Program-made: the position numbers and the translations under genes
Notes under the pieces: model-generated
Told to the model about the DNA's origin: nothing
The model's input: the letters and a program-made list of their open reading frames with translations, nothing else
The model's database searches: none
Assembly: GCA_038496445.1 (NCBI GenBank)
Contig: JALMLS010000488.1
Span: 124,001-188,000, forward strand
Direction: 5' to 3'
From: Trichosphaerium sp. ATCC 40318
Taxonomy: Eukaryota > Protista > Tubulinea
DNA length: 64,000 nt
Part shown: positions 25,173 to 37,471 of the stretch, one piece after another
Layout: each line of letters starts with the position of its first letter
Numbering within the stretch: the stretch's first letter is position 1

Positions 25173-27380
25173 TTAAGATTCAGTTGGAGATTGGAGGTGA
25201 CATGGAACAACAAAAGTTTTACCCTTTTCAAAAACACAAAAATGTCAGTATGTTGTTTAAACTAGCTTGACTTACCTTAACTACATCTTCTAATCCTTCT
25301 CCAGCGTACGATAGCAAAGGTGATACCTCACAAATGGTTTTACTATCCTCTGAAAGAGTTGAAGTCAGCACTTTGAAATATCTCCAATAAAAAACAAAAC
25401 AAACACGCACCAACTTGCTTCTTCTTTGGTGATATGACTCCTCCAGCGCTAGTGATAAATTTTTGGTGCAAAGCATTAATATGTGCACAACACGTTTCTG
25501 GACAATCCTTTGGAGAACCAGGTGGGTACTTTAAAGGTGAAAATTCCTCATTTCTGAAAACCTAACGTGGCCTTGTTAATTTTACACTTAGCCAGGTAGA
25601 TCACGTACTTCTAGTGCGTGCATACGCTCTGCAAACTGGAATACATCAAACACAAATAATTCTCCTTTCCAACCTACAAGAAGCAATGTTAAACATCTGC
25701 AAGCGAATACAATCACAGTACCATTTGGTTTGTCAGGAGTTACACTCTCTCCTTCGTCATTACATTGAGGGATTTTCTTCAGCGCTGTATGATATCTAGA
25801 GTAGTTATTAGAGGTGTTTTTAATGCCACTGAAGTACATACGGAAGTTTGGTCAAATGATTATTGACAATGTCTTTCAAAAAGTCCAGTGAGTAGCTGTT
25901 TAGCACAATGTGCGCCCAATTGTACAAAAGTTGGCCGTTCTCATCAGTTGCTTTTGACATTTCTTCAGAGATTTCGCTGTATTCATTTACAGCTGGCTTT
26001 CCATTATTTAGGCAGAGTACACCAACTTGCAACCTGATTAGAATAAAATAATGAAAAAATCAAAGATTTACCTCGTTCATCCCAAGATCTCTTGGCAACT
26101 ACCTTTGCAGCGCAGTCAATGTTCTTGTCAGCGCAAAATCCAGCAAAATAAGGATCTGCTACACGGACAAGAACGTTATCGACACAGTAACTATGAATCC
26201 ACTTAATCCCTCTAAGCCGTTTATTAGAGTATTTATAATTATTTTTATTACCTCTTTTCCATATCAGCAATAGCACCAGTATCTTGTAAAGCTTGGTACA
26301 CGCCGCCATTTCCGTTTGGCGCTGTAGCAACCTAGAAATACGGAATTTTATTACAAGGTTTTTGAGACGTTTTTTAAAAGCTATTTTGTACGCTTTTTTG
26401 TGTGTAGGACGTACCTTGCTTTTTGTTTGTAGAATTACTTTACCTTCAGGTGTCATGCAAGGTAGTAATTTTTGTGTAAAAATAAATATATTCTCCTCTT
26501 TGAGTCCAAAAAAATTATTCTCTTTAAAAAACTGACGTGTTGTCCCTTCAGTTGCAAAACTTGTCAAAATATACCAAGGTACTACGCATTCAGCTATTGA
26601 ATAGTTAATATCTAACAGTGGTAGAAGAAGTTGAAAAACAAGAATTTCAAAAACGTGAAAAGAGATTTGATGATGACTCACCTGTGTTTGTTTCTTTTGC
26701 AGCAAGTCTCTGTACTTTAAGTATACGCTCTGCTTGTAGTTGATACAAGGTTTTTTTAGAAGGTAAACCGACGTCTTATTTAGGTTAGTGGGAAATAAAC
26801 TGTTTCGTTGCAGGTGGCACCGTACCATACATTCCTTTTGGGTAGTTTACGCCTAATCTCGTACCCTAGATAACAATAAGACTTCGGCGTTAAAGTGTCT
26901 CTTTTTGTAAATGTGTTAATACCTGACCGCCAGCAAACAATAAAACGGCTACTGAGCCTTCGCTTATTTCTTTGTAGCCACGTTTCAGCCATAGTTGCTT
27001 TTGCGCGTCATCTGGTGATTTGTAAATGGTACTCATAGGTTTCATTTCGCCTTTGTCTCCCCCTTGTAGTCATCAGTTTTTGTTCGATAGTGATTTTTGT
27101 TTTGCTGTGTTCCATACAGCTCAAAACAAGCGATTGTAGCGATAAACAAACATTGTATACCTTTTTGAGACATTTGTTTATGTACTCCTCCTAAAAGCTC
27201 CACATCGAGTGCCTACGCTACCAGTAAATCTTACGTCATACTGTAAAGTGTACGAACCTTCAATTGCTCGTATAATGCAGAACTTTCTTCTGGGGATAAT
27301 TTATTCTCGAATTTAAACACATGACCTTGTCCAGCTTCTTGCCAGCGTTTCTTTAATTCGTTCCTTGCGTTTGTATCCAT
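25173..27380 (-). CDS. UAP1: UDP-N-acetylglucosamine pyrophosphorylase
   Basis: [75 protein letters not shown]. Confidence 0.95.
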
Positions 27381-27476
27381 TTCTACACTATCAGACAGAT
27401 AGAGACACTTTCTATTCATCACTTAAGCACTTAACTTAACAGTGTCAAAAAGTTCTTCATTTATTTTTTACAGGCT

Positions 27477-28673
27477 TCAATCATGCCAGTTTAAGTCTAT
27501 TAGCTTTGATTCCGCCACTCCAGTGGATGGTTTAACCACTACTGTATTATCCTCCGCTCTTGGGTTAAAGTCACCAGAGGAATCCTCTTGTGAAGCGCTG
27601 AGTGTTACTGAACTTTTATCATGTGTACTTCCACCGTTGGAGCGATTGTTTAGGGCGACTGTTGGTTCTGCACGTGGATCAAAGCTGCCTGATTTTGATT
27701 CTTCCTCTGATGACGATGAATTTGGTTCTATGTGTTGACGCGCAGATACCCCCAAAGGAGATTTTCTAAGCCTGTTCAAAGATTTATCTTCGATTGGTTT
27801 CGTGCTATCTGTTTCCAAAGAGCGAGGGTCAAAGTCCGAACTAGATTCTGTTTCAGAATTTTCATTTTTTTCTTCAGGTGCAATCTCGAGCACTCCTCCT
27901 TGTGATGATGTTCCTGTTCCACTAAATTGAACTAATATCCTACCACAGCACTTGTTTCGCTTGTTTATAGGTACCCAAACTTCTTTTTTTTCCTACAAAT
28001 GCTATAAGGAATCACTCAATTCTTTAAACAACCTTCACTTCATTCACTCTAACGTAGCCAATTCCAATCTCATACTACATTGCTAAGTGCTTAATTATTG
28101 ATTGATTACGCACTGTTTTACTCTTTCCTTTGCCTCCTTTTCCCACGTGTTTCGCAACGATTTGAATTGACGCATCTTCAGAATCTATCTAACTTTTTGA
28201 TTAACTGGTATTTCATATGGTTGCTGAACGCTCACCCATGTATCTAAAGGGAAATCCCACCTACACGCTGTTAATACTTCCGTATATCACTTTATTTACT
28301 TTGGGTTTAATGTGTTAGCCAGTTTCTGTGTAATCCACGGCACTGTACGCCAGCTATATGCGCGTTAACTAAATAAAAACTGAAAAATAGGTTCCTCACT
28401 TGTAGGGCTTTCCAACGTTAACCTCCAAGTAGAGCTATGTCATATTTAGTGTACATAGTGTTTGGTGCGCTATAACGTACTTGATGCCCAGCTACACGCT
28501 GGTCGAGACCATCTGTACCTCTACCACTTTGTTTCGTGTAAACTACCAAAATACACTAAGCGGAAACGTTTTATCAAAAAACACGTGCCAAAATCGCAAC
28601 CCTGAGCAATGATGAATTTATTTTGGTGTGTCCCTGCCTTAGACCATACTTTTACCTCTTTAACGGTTGTCAT
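27477..28673 (-). CDS. C2-like domain protein with a disordered F[DN]PR-repeat tail and clathrin-box-like end
   Basis: Spliced KLANTLNPKWDF (C2-type motif); tail with DFDPR, SFDPR, DFNPR and LIDLNW. Confidence 0.55.
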
Positions 28674-28730
28674 GGTCTCGAGCCACGTAACGAAGTGATT
28701 TGACAGTCAAATTTTTTTAAATGGTGAAAC

Positions 28731-31505
28731 ATGGAAAAGGACGACAGCGACTCACAGTACTCAGACGCTCAGGATAAAGTATCTCAGTTCTATGCAGATG
28801 ATATTTTTGAACGCGCCAGATCATCTTATGTACGTAAAAGCAAGCAAAGTAAATTTGTAACATTACATTCTAGGATTATGAGGAAGCAGGCGTAGATAAT
28901 CTAGCTAGCATACTTGACCAAGAATTGGAGCAAATAAACGCAAAATGGATAAATGGCGAAATGACCGCGTTTGGTGCGTGGAAACATTGTAATAAATGGT
29001 TTTAATTGCAATAGGCAAGGAAAGGGACGAAATTATGAAATCTTTCCGAGACATTCGTAAACTCCAAGCTAAATTAGCGTTTCACCAAGTAGCAGTTCTT
29101 GCAAACTGTAACGAGGAGTATGAAGCTAATCTTTGTTATAAATTTCTAGTTGACATTTTAACCGATTTACTCCTGAGTATTAGCAGACTAATAAACTATA
29201 GCTTAGAAGATCAAAAACATGAAGACTTCATGGAAACAAACCGTTTGAACGAGTCAATGAAAGAAAAACAAGAGGCAATGAACGATTTGACAAAAAAAGT
29301 ACAATTTAATTAAATTAACCTTTTATCACCTACTAACTCATATAACTAAGCTGTCATCTGTTTGCGCAGAGCTCGAACGTGTTAGCGTGCGTTGTAACCA
29401 TTTCATACTCGCTATTAACATTATGTTAGATAGCACCACGAGCTGTAAAGAAAGCTGATAAAAAAAAAAGCAGTTTTTTGTAGACTAACCTCAACCTCAT
29501 GTTATGAAGCGCAGGTAGTTGGCGAAGTAATTGTAATGTACTCAAATAGTACGCGGAGATAGAGGTTCAACCTCCCATCAAGTCCGCATACTTTGAGAAG
29601 TAGTGTGATGCGATTGTATTTGCAGAGATTCAATCGTTAGAGGATCGACCAGTTTTAGTGAATTTTGGCTGACTTTAGTAATAAAATCAACATTTGCCCT
29701 TGCAAAGCATCTCGATACGACCTATTTCGACCTTCTAACTATTCAATCTGCTTTTTGTTCAATTCCAAGGTGCCACAGATTTGCAAATAGCCTGTAATAT
29801 ATAATTCAGCGTATTTGTCTGTTTTTAAAGCGCAATCATGCAACATAGCGCTAAAAAAACGATGGCAGCAATAGAAGCCGAAAAACGGCGTGCTATGGTA
29901 TGTTAACGGCAGTTTATATTACTTGCACAAGTTTACGCAAAAAGTTATCACATTTGTATGTTTTCTTGCTCAAAATTGCGTTTTACTATGGATGGCGGTC
30001 GCAGCTGGCGCGCACGCGCAACAGTAGCGAAGCTATGCATTTTTTGGGAGTGCGGGGTAAAAGCTAAAACTGCCAAATGGACCTAACGTTTCTTCTAGCG
30101 AGGCGAAAAACGCGCTAATGATCGTAGAGAAAAAGAACGCAAGCGACGTGAAGCAGAATTGCGGCAACGGAGTGAGCTTCGCAAACAAGTGCGACGAAAT
30201 AGCGAAGTAGGAAGAGGTACATAAAGTGACAATATCCATTTATCGTTTAAACTCCCACAAAACGAAAAAAAAACCATAAATATCATTTCAGTTTTTTGTA
30301 CTGACATTTACTAGTGGCATCTCGCGGATACTACAGTAACTTTTTAACGCGTCTGGCACATGATGCTACTATTTTTTCATTTAAATTCGCTTTCAGTGAC
30401 GGTATCCTCGTACAGGCTACAGAACAAGGTATGGTATACTTGTTTTTTTATTCAATATCATCGTTAATCGAAATTACAGCAATTTTTGTATGGGGTGTCG
30501 GAAACGAAGAGTTACTCGCTCATTTTAACTGTCACGATGGCCAAGTTACTTCGGTAAAAAATTACTGTCTTTCTGTACTCAGTTCTAAAAAACGTGTTAT
30601 TATTTAGGTGGCATTTATGCCTGTGCTTGGTCTTATAGTATCAGGGTCAACGAAGGAAACACTAGTCTGGCGCTGGAGATCTCAGACAGGTAGAAAATCC
30701 CCGTCACAATGATTTTCTATTATTTTGATAACTGAAGGTTTATTCGCCTGTCTAACTCGACGTTAGTTCTTAAAGATCTCCCACCATCTCCTTGTAATGT
30801 TCAGTCATCGAATGACGGGGTATATGTAATTATAGGAGATGACGAAGAGCCAACAAGCGTAATAGTTCATAAATGGCGTAGTAATACTATTCATCATCGA
30901 TTAACTGGTCATACGAGTGCTGTAACATCAATAATGGTGTCTCCATCAAGTACTACTGTTGTCACAGCGAGCGATGACTCAACTCTTCGGTTATGGGACT
31001 ATAATAAGGGAGAATGTCTTCACACTATAGACGCTAAAGTGCCTATAATATCAGCACATTACTTTGAACATATTGACCTTCTTCTGACGTTGGATGAAAA
31101 ATCTTGTTTATCTGTATGGCATGGACAAAAAAATACACAAAGTGTAGCAATAGATGTATCACAAGGTGGTAAGACAACCTCATAATTTTCTTATTTGAAA
31201 AAAAAAACGAGACACGTGATTAATGTTTTGATTTATTTATTTATTTTTTTTTAGGACCTTTAGAGTTGTTTAGTTTCATGGCACGGCCGACTATTACTTT
31301 TACGTATGCGGATAATAAGGCTTCTCTAAGTGATAAACGTGGTGTAATGCTTAGTCTTGATGTTTTGGATAAGCCTACAGAGCATACCTTTGGTGAACAT
31401 AAGTTGGTGTTGGCTGTATCACAAAATGTTGTTTATTGCTTGCTTCCATCAAATGAAGAAAACTTCCAAGTTAACATACAAACAGATAGTGACGAACAAC
31501 AGTAA
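28731..31505 (+). CDS. coiled-coil plus WD40-repeat protein (may be two genes)
   Basis: HFNCHDGQVTSVAF, LTGHTSAVTSIMVSP...VVTASDDSTLRLWD; charged helical N-terminal exons. Confidence 0.65.
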
Positions 31506-32104
31506 TGTTTTCATGTCATTTTTTTTGAAAAAGCCTAAATCTTGTACATAGAAAAGTAATAAAAAAGCTTGTAACGCCAAAACTAGAGTTGATTGCTTAG
31601 GCTAAAAATGATGGAAAGTGAAGATTTTGTTTGCTTAACCAAGGTTTTAATTGACTATACTTTACGCGAGTTCTATTTACCCTAACTTAATCTACAACTT
31701 ACACCTGCCGTTAGACCGGTGCAGGACTTAAACAAACAATACTTGGAGACAAGTAAGCGCAAAAGTCTAGGTAACCAAAACAGCAACTCAAATACAAACG
31801 CACCGTATACAACACGTTTCGTTAAGAGCAGAGTGAAAACAGAACATTAGTCGAAACGTTGTACTGTAGAATAAGTACTTTTGAAGCCAATATTAGCGTA
31901 TGAGCAAATCTACGAAGAGGTACTATTTACCAGATTGTGCTGCACGTTTTTCAAAATGACACGTGACCAATTAAAAAATATCTACATGCACTTCCCACCA
32001 CGAAGGAGCTAGTGAGCACTACAGTAAAGCCCAGCTAAAATTTGTCTTTTAGAACAGTTCATTCTTAGAGTTCAGTTTTTGTAATTTTCTTTTTTTTTAA
32101 CACC

Positions 32105-33377
32105 GTGCTTAGTGAAACATTTCACATCCTAAGCCTACCAAATGAGATATTGGCACATATAATACGTCGAATAAAGACCTGTCGGTATTCAGCGGCGATA
32201 AGTTGTTACACTTTCGCATCTATCATTCACAATGTTGTTGGGTACAACCAAATCAGAATATCAAACTTTGAATCAGCAAAAACAATCAGCAACTATCCGG
32301 GAGTACTTAAACACACGCATATTTATGTTGACGAAGTTAAAGATGTTGATAAGGTTGTGAGCGCTCTTTATGGTGTTTTAAACATTCATCTTGATGGAAC
32401 GCAGGTGTCAGATTATGGCATCAAAGGGCTGACTGGTGTTCACACTATTAGTCTTAAAAGTACTTCAGTATCTGATCTGGGTGTAATACCACTCGCTGGT
32501 GTTCACACCATTATACTTGATAACACTTCAGTGACAGATGAGGGTGTCAAAGCATTGGCTGGAGTACACACTATTCATCTAAATGGCACTTCTATAACTG
32601 ACAAAGGAATAAAAGCGCTGGCGGGTGTGCATATCATTCACATAGGTGGTACAAAAGTAACTGATGAAGGCATTAGGGCATTAACAAATGTTCACACTAT
32701 TCGTCTTAGTGCCACTTCAGTTACGGATGAGGGTATCAAAACATTGGCTGGAGTACACACAATCAATCTCAATTACACTTCAGTGACAGATGAGGGTGTC
32801 AAAGCATTGGCTGGAGTACACAAAATACAGCTCATTTTCACTTCAGTGACCGATGAAGGTGTTAAAGCTTTAGCTGGTATTCACACTGTTAACCTCTCCG
32901 AGAACGCTTCAGTGACTGATGAAGGTGTCAAAGCGCTTGTTGGGGTTCACACAATTAACCTTGACAGTGCTCCAGTCACTGATGAGAGTATTAAAAAGCT
33001 ATCAGGTGTTCATACAATCTTTCTTAGCAACACTCAAGTAACAGATGAAGGTCTCAAAGCACTGGCAGGCGTACATTCTATTCACCTTAATCACACTTCA
33101 GTAACAGATGAAGGAATAAAGGCACTTGCCGGTGTGCATACCATTTACCTTGTTGGAACTAAAGTAACAGATGAAGGTATTAAAGCACTGGCTGGTGTTC
33201 ATTGCATTGGTATTTCTTCTACATCAGTAACTGACAAAGGAATCAAATCACTTGCAGGAGTCCACACTATTTACCTCCACTCGCAGGTGTTCATACCATT
33301 TATGCTTTTGGTACATTAATGACAACAAGGGAGCTAAAGCGCTCAAAGGCGCTGTTTTTATAGGTTTTCAACCATAA
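32105..33377 (+). pseudogene. F-box/LRR gene, intronless, probably decaying (GTG at the start position, 3' frameshifts)
   Basis: F-box-like ILSLPNEILAHII; about 14 copies of a 21-aa VTDEGVKALAGVHTIxLxxT repeat; no in-frame ATG before the repeats; the repeat continues out of frame after ~33280. Confidence 0.65.
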
Positions 33378-33811
33378 AAACTTTGTGTTTATTTAAACAT
33401 ATTTAATGACATTGTTACAACTAAACAACTACGAATCACAGCTACATAAATACAAATTATGCAAATACATACTGTTAAAATAATAAAGTTTACTTGTGCG
33501 GTTGCACGTTTTATTAATGTTGGGGTATTCGGAAAAGGTAATAAGTTCGAGTAGATACGAAAAGAGTAAGTAGAGCGTTCATTTATGCCATCGTTTCATT
33601 GAATTGCGTGTATGTCACTTGACTTTATCTCCATCACCACGTGATTGTAAAAAACTCAAACGTGCAGTTAAGGTGTATTCGCAACGTCAAAATCTAGTTC
33701 ACGCTCCTATGTATCAAGTTGAGTGCTTTGAACGCAAACAAGTCAACCTCAGTCTACTAGGCCTTTTTCGTTGACTAAAACATTATATTACCTGTATTAA
33801 AGCTTTCTAGA

Positions 33812-35281
33812 ATGAATTCAAACAGCGCATTCTTTGACGAGATTCCCGTTGAACTCATTATTCATATCCTACGGTTTGTTTCTGTATTGTCTTTGCGTAC
33901 AGTAGTACGTACATCAAAATTGTTTTCTGATATCGCTGTACAGTATTTGAAGTATTACGACAGGAGAACTATACCAATAAATACAAGAAAGCAGCTTAAA
34001 AGTCTATTCAAGACAGCTCCATATCTCATAAAGAAACATACAATTTCCCTTAAATACACGCTCAAGCAAAAAGACTTAAAGTACTTACAAGGTGCTTACG
34101 CACTTATACTGAAGGAACTTAGTCCAAAAGTTGATTTTACAGACTTTACTATACTTCGTGGTATTGATTTTACACATTGTGTTCACGTGAGAGATCATCA
34201 TCTTAAAGCACTTGCTGGGATACACAAAATTCTATTACACAAAGCACATATTACAGATGAAGGTGTTAGAGCATTAGCTGGTGTTCATACTATTGACTTG
34301 AGCTACTGTGGAGGTATGGCATATCGTATTTCTGATGACGGTATTAACGCACTAGTTGGTGTTCACACAATTAACTTATGTGAGACAAGTGTCACAGATG
34401 ATGGTATTAAAACATTAGCACTTGCTGGCAGCATTCATTCTATTGATATTAGTAGATGTTACCATATTACAAATGAAGGTGTTAAGGCATTAGCTGGTGT
34501 TCATACTATTGACTTGAGCTACTGTGGATATATGGCAGATCGTATTTCAGACGATGGTATCAAAGCACTAGCTGGTGTTCATACAATCTATCTACGGGTA
34601 ACAAAAGTCACAGATGATGGCATTAAATATTTGGCTGGTGTTCATACCATTAGTTTGTATGATTGTCAAGTTACAGATGAAGGTGTTAAATCGTTATCTG
34701 GTGTTCATACTATTGATTTATGTTTTTGTGCGGCTATTACTAGTCAAGGCGTTAAAGCTTTAGCTGGTGTTCATAAAATTTGCCTTAAAAATACTGCCGT
34801 TACAGATGAAGGTGTTAAAGCACTAGCTGGAGTTCATACAATTGATGTAAGTTGTTGTGATATTTCAGATGATAGCATTAAAGCGTTATCTGGTGTACAT
34901 ACAATTGATATAAGTAGTTGTGCTAAAGTGACAGATGAAGGTGTTAAGGCATTAGCAGGTGTTCATAAAATTAATTTACAGTGTTGTAAACAAGTTACAG
35001 ATGATGGCATTATAGAGTTGGCCGATGTTCATTCAATTAACTTAAATGATAATCCACAAATAACAGATAAAGGTATCAAACATCTAGCTGGTGTTTATGC
35101 GATAGCACTCGTGGGATGTAATCAAATAACGGATGATGGTATATCAGCATTAGTTGGTGTACATGTAATCAATTTGGTGTATTGTAAGAAACTTACAAAA
35201 AGAGGCATCAAAGCTTTATGTGATGCAAACATTATCTTAAATATTGCAGATTATTGTACTCAAATCATCACATTCTTTTAA
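33812..35281 (+). CDS. F-box/LRR-repeat protein, intronless
   Basis: FDEIPVELIIHILRFV F-box; about 16 repeats of ITDEGVKALAGVHTIDLSxC. Confidence 0.9.
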   Translation: MNSNSAFFDEIPVELIIHILRFVSVLSLRTVVRTSKLFSDIAVQYLKYYDRRTIPINTRKQLKSLFKTAPYLIKKHTISLKYTLKQKDLKYLQGAYALILKELSPKVDFTDFTILRGIDFTHCVHVRDHHLKALAGIHKILLHKAHITDEGVRALAGVHTIDLSYCGGMAYRISDDGINALVGVHTINLCETSVTDDGIKTLALAGSIHSIDISRCYHITNEGVKALAGVHTIDLSYCGYMADRISDDGIKALAGVHTIYLRVTKVTDDGIKYLAGVHTISLYDCQVTDEGVKSLSGVHTIDLCFCAAITSQGVKALAGVHKICLKNTAVTDEGVKALAGVHTIDVSCCDISDDSIKALSGVHTIDISSCAKVTDEGVKALAGVHKINLQCCKQVTDDGIIELADVHSINLNDNPQITDKGIKHLAGVYAIALVGCNQITDDGISALVGVHVINLVYCKKLTKRGIKALCDANIILNIADYCTQIITFF

Positions 35282-35331
35282 ACGCAATTGCTACAACTTT
35301 TGACAGAAGAACTTTCTAGGAGTACAGCGAG

Positions 35332-35485
35332 AACTAATCAATTAACAGTGGTCCAAATTAGTATGTACTGAAAGTATAACAACTATTTGATTCATCAACC
35401 TGTTGTGTATTGACCCACAATTCTTGATTGATAAGTGGGCATACTTTTCTTGACGTAGTTGTGTAATTATTTCATTATTTCAATA
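35332..35485. repeat. left copy of a ~154-bp inverted repeat
   Basis: Near-identical reverse complement of 39353-39505. Confidence 0.9.
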
Positions 35486-35880
35486 GTACACAATGACTGA
35501 AAAGAACACAAGAAAAGTATGCTCTAATCAATCAAGAATTGTGAAAAAACCCTTTTTAAATGCATTGGTATATAGATACAACATGTGTGCTTGCATTCAC
35601 TATGATGGTATGGAATAACATACCTATGATGTTACACCTACTTTTGGAACAGAAACTTGAAACGTTTTGTTTATTATCTTTTCTGTACTATTTTTAGTGC
35701 TTCATACATTGTATGTAGTACATTAACAAGATAAATCGCATACCCAATTGCTTTAAACTTAAACCAAATGGTTTTACATAGTCAGTTGGACTGTGGAAAG
35801 CTACCATATATCTTGTCTGCGCTAAGAGAATCTTTGCCATAAAGCAATACATGAGGTTTCTACTTGAGATGTAGCTGTTG

Positions 35881-37387
35881 TCATCGATTGTATGGTGAAA
35901 GATATATTGGTAAGTACTCATCAAACATAGCTTCCTTGACTGGCGGCATTGATAATATAATCGCAATGGTGTGTTCACTAAGTATCTTGTCTTCAACGAA
36001 AGTCTGAAACACAGGTCAAAACACAAAACGTAATAAAGACGAATAAAATTAAACCCATAAAAATAGTACAAAAAAAAACATACTGCTACTTCCAATAACG
36101 TGCACAAAACGCTTGCCAACTTTTTTCTTCCTTGATCATCTTCTATTAGTGACTTGACACTACACCCGTGGTCTGACCTACAAGGCATTAAACAATAGAA
36201 AGATGAGCTGTTGACAGTTTTCTTCAACAACTACAACTGTACCTGCGAGTTATCAGGTAATCATGGTAAATATCTGGTTTTCTACCAGCAGTCGAATGAT
36301 ACAGTACAATAAATTCTTGTGCACCTATTTTCGCAGCTTTGATGTAGGCTCTAAGTATACTCTTCTTATCGCGGTATACAATTCCCCACCTTGAATATTG
36401 TGACAAAGCCCATAACTCTTCCGCTAGACAAACAAACTAAGGAAATTATGATGTAAAAAAACGCCATACTCAAGCTGGCATAATCCCACTTCTTCCCTGT
36501 TATTGCATCCATACATCTTTCCTTAACAACTTCAGGACCAACATCATTGTCACTCCAAAGAATTGTTAGATGGTTCTTGCCGTTTTCGTCTTTTGTAAAT
36601 GTGTGATGCTTGGTTGAAATCGGTCAGTTGTGAATAATGTGAAAGGTACTATACCAAATTGCAATGCTTAAAGTACTTCGCTAGTGCACCTCTACCCATT
36701 TCCGTCCTTAAAAATAGAGAATTACCATCTGCATCACTCATTGCAGGTCGTATATTATGTTTGTTGTAGCCACTGTCTGCCTAGAAGTAATACTTAGTGA
36801 AATTACTCTTAATCTAACTATTCGTACGCTGCTATGTATTGTGCCTTGTAAATCTTCCCACAGAAATTGTATTTTTGCTAGAATACTTGTAACAACCATG
36901 ATTGGCAGCTTGCTTGCTATTGGGCAGTCAGTAGTTTAAGTGGTGTTTAGTACACGTGCCGTAAGGCATATTTAGGTGTTCCCAATCAATGGGTATGCCA
37001 TAGTATTCTGCTGCAAACCACAACGCTGCACCATCCTTGACACTCGCGAGTTCTTCGTTTCTCATCAAACTCAAAATTGTTGGAAGGTGCTTTGCATGAC
37101 TTGTTTTGGAAAGTAAACGTTAAAACACTTCAAACCTTGCTTTGACTTATTTTTAATTACCTGCACTCCTCCAAAACCGTCGTTGGAGTAGAATTATCTT
37201 GATTATCTTGTAAAGATTCAAAATGCATTTTAGATGCAAACAGAGATGTCGAATACGCATTGAGAAGCTCCTGTGAAAGAGAGAAGCCAAAATCACCGCA
37301 TTTAAAATGTACATCAGTATTTGTTTCTTCTTTTGTCGTTTCAGCCTTCGGGTTTAGTTTTCTTTTCTTTTTTTGTGGCTCAGACAT
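35881..37387 (-). CDS. BTB/POZ-domain protein A (N-terminal NLS, unknown C-terminal domain)
   Basis: MSEPQKKKRKL; VHFKCGDFGFSLSQELL..YSTSLFASKM; LWFAAEYYGI; ends YLPIYLSPYNR*; frame supported by synonymous changes versus the paralog. Confidence 0.8.
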
Positions 37388-37471
37388 CGTAACAGCAACA
37401 ATCGATGCCGTTTTTTTTTTAGTATGTACAGAAAACAGTTGACCCTTTTTATAAGTTGTACCTGAATAAAC

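Noticed and set aside
35694-36230. 178-aa ORF taken as the BTB-A C-terminus
   Set aside because: It runs through an intron; synonymous differences versus paralog A' show the true last-exon frame ends at 35881
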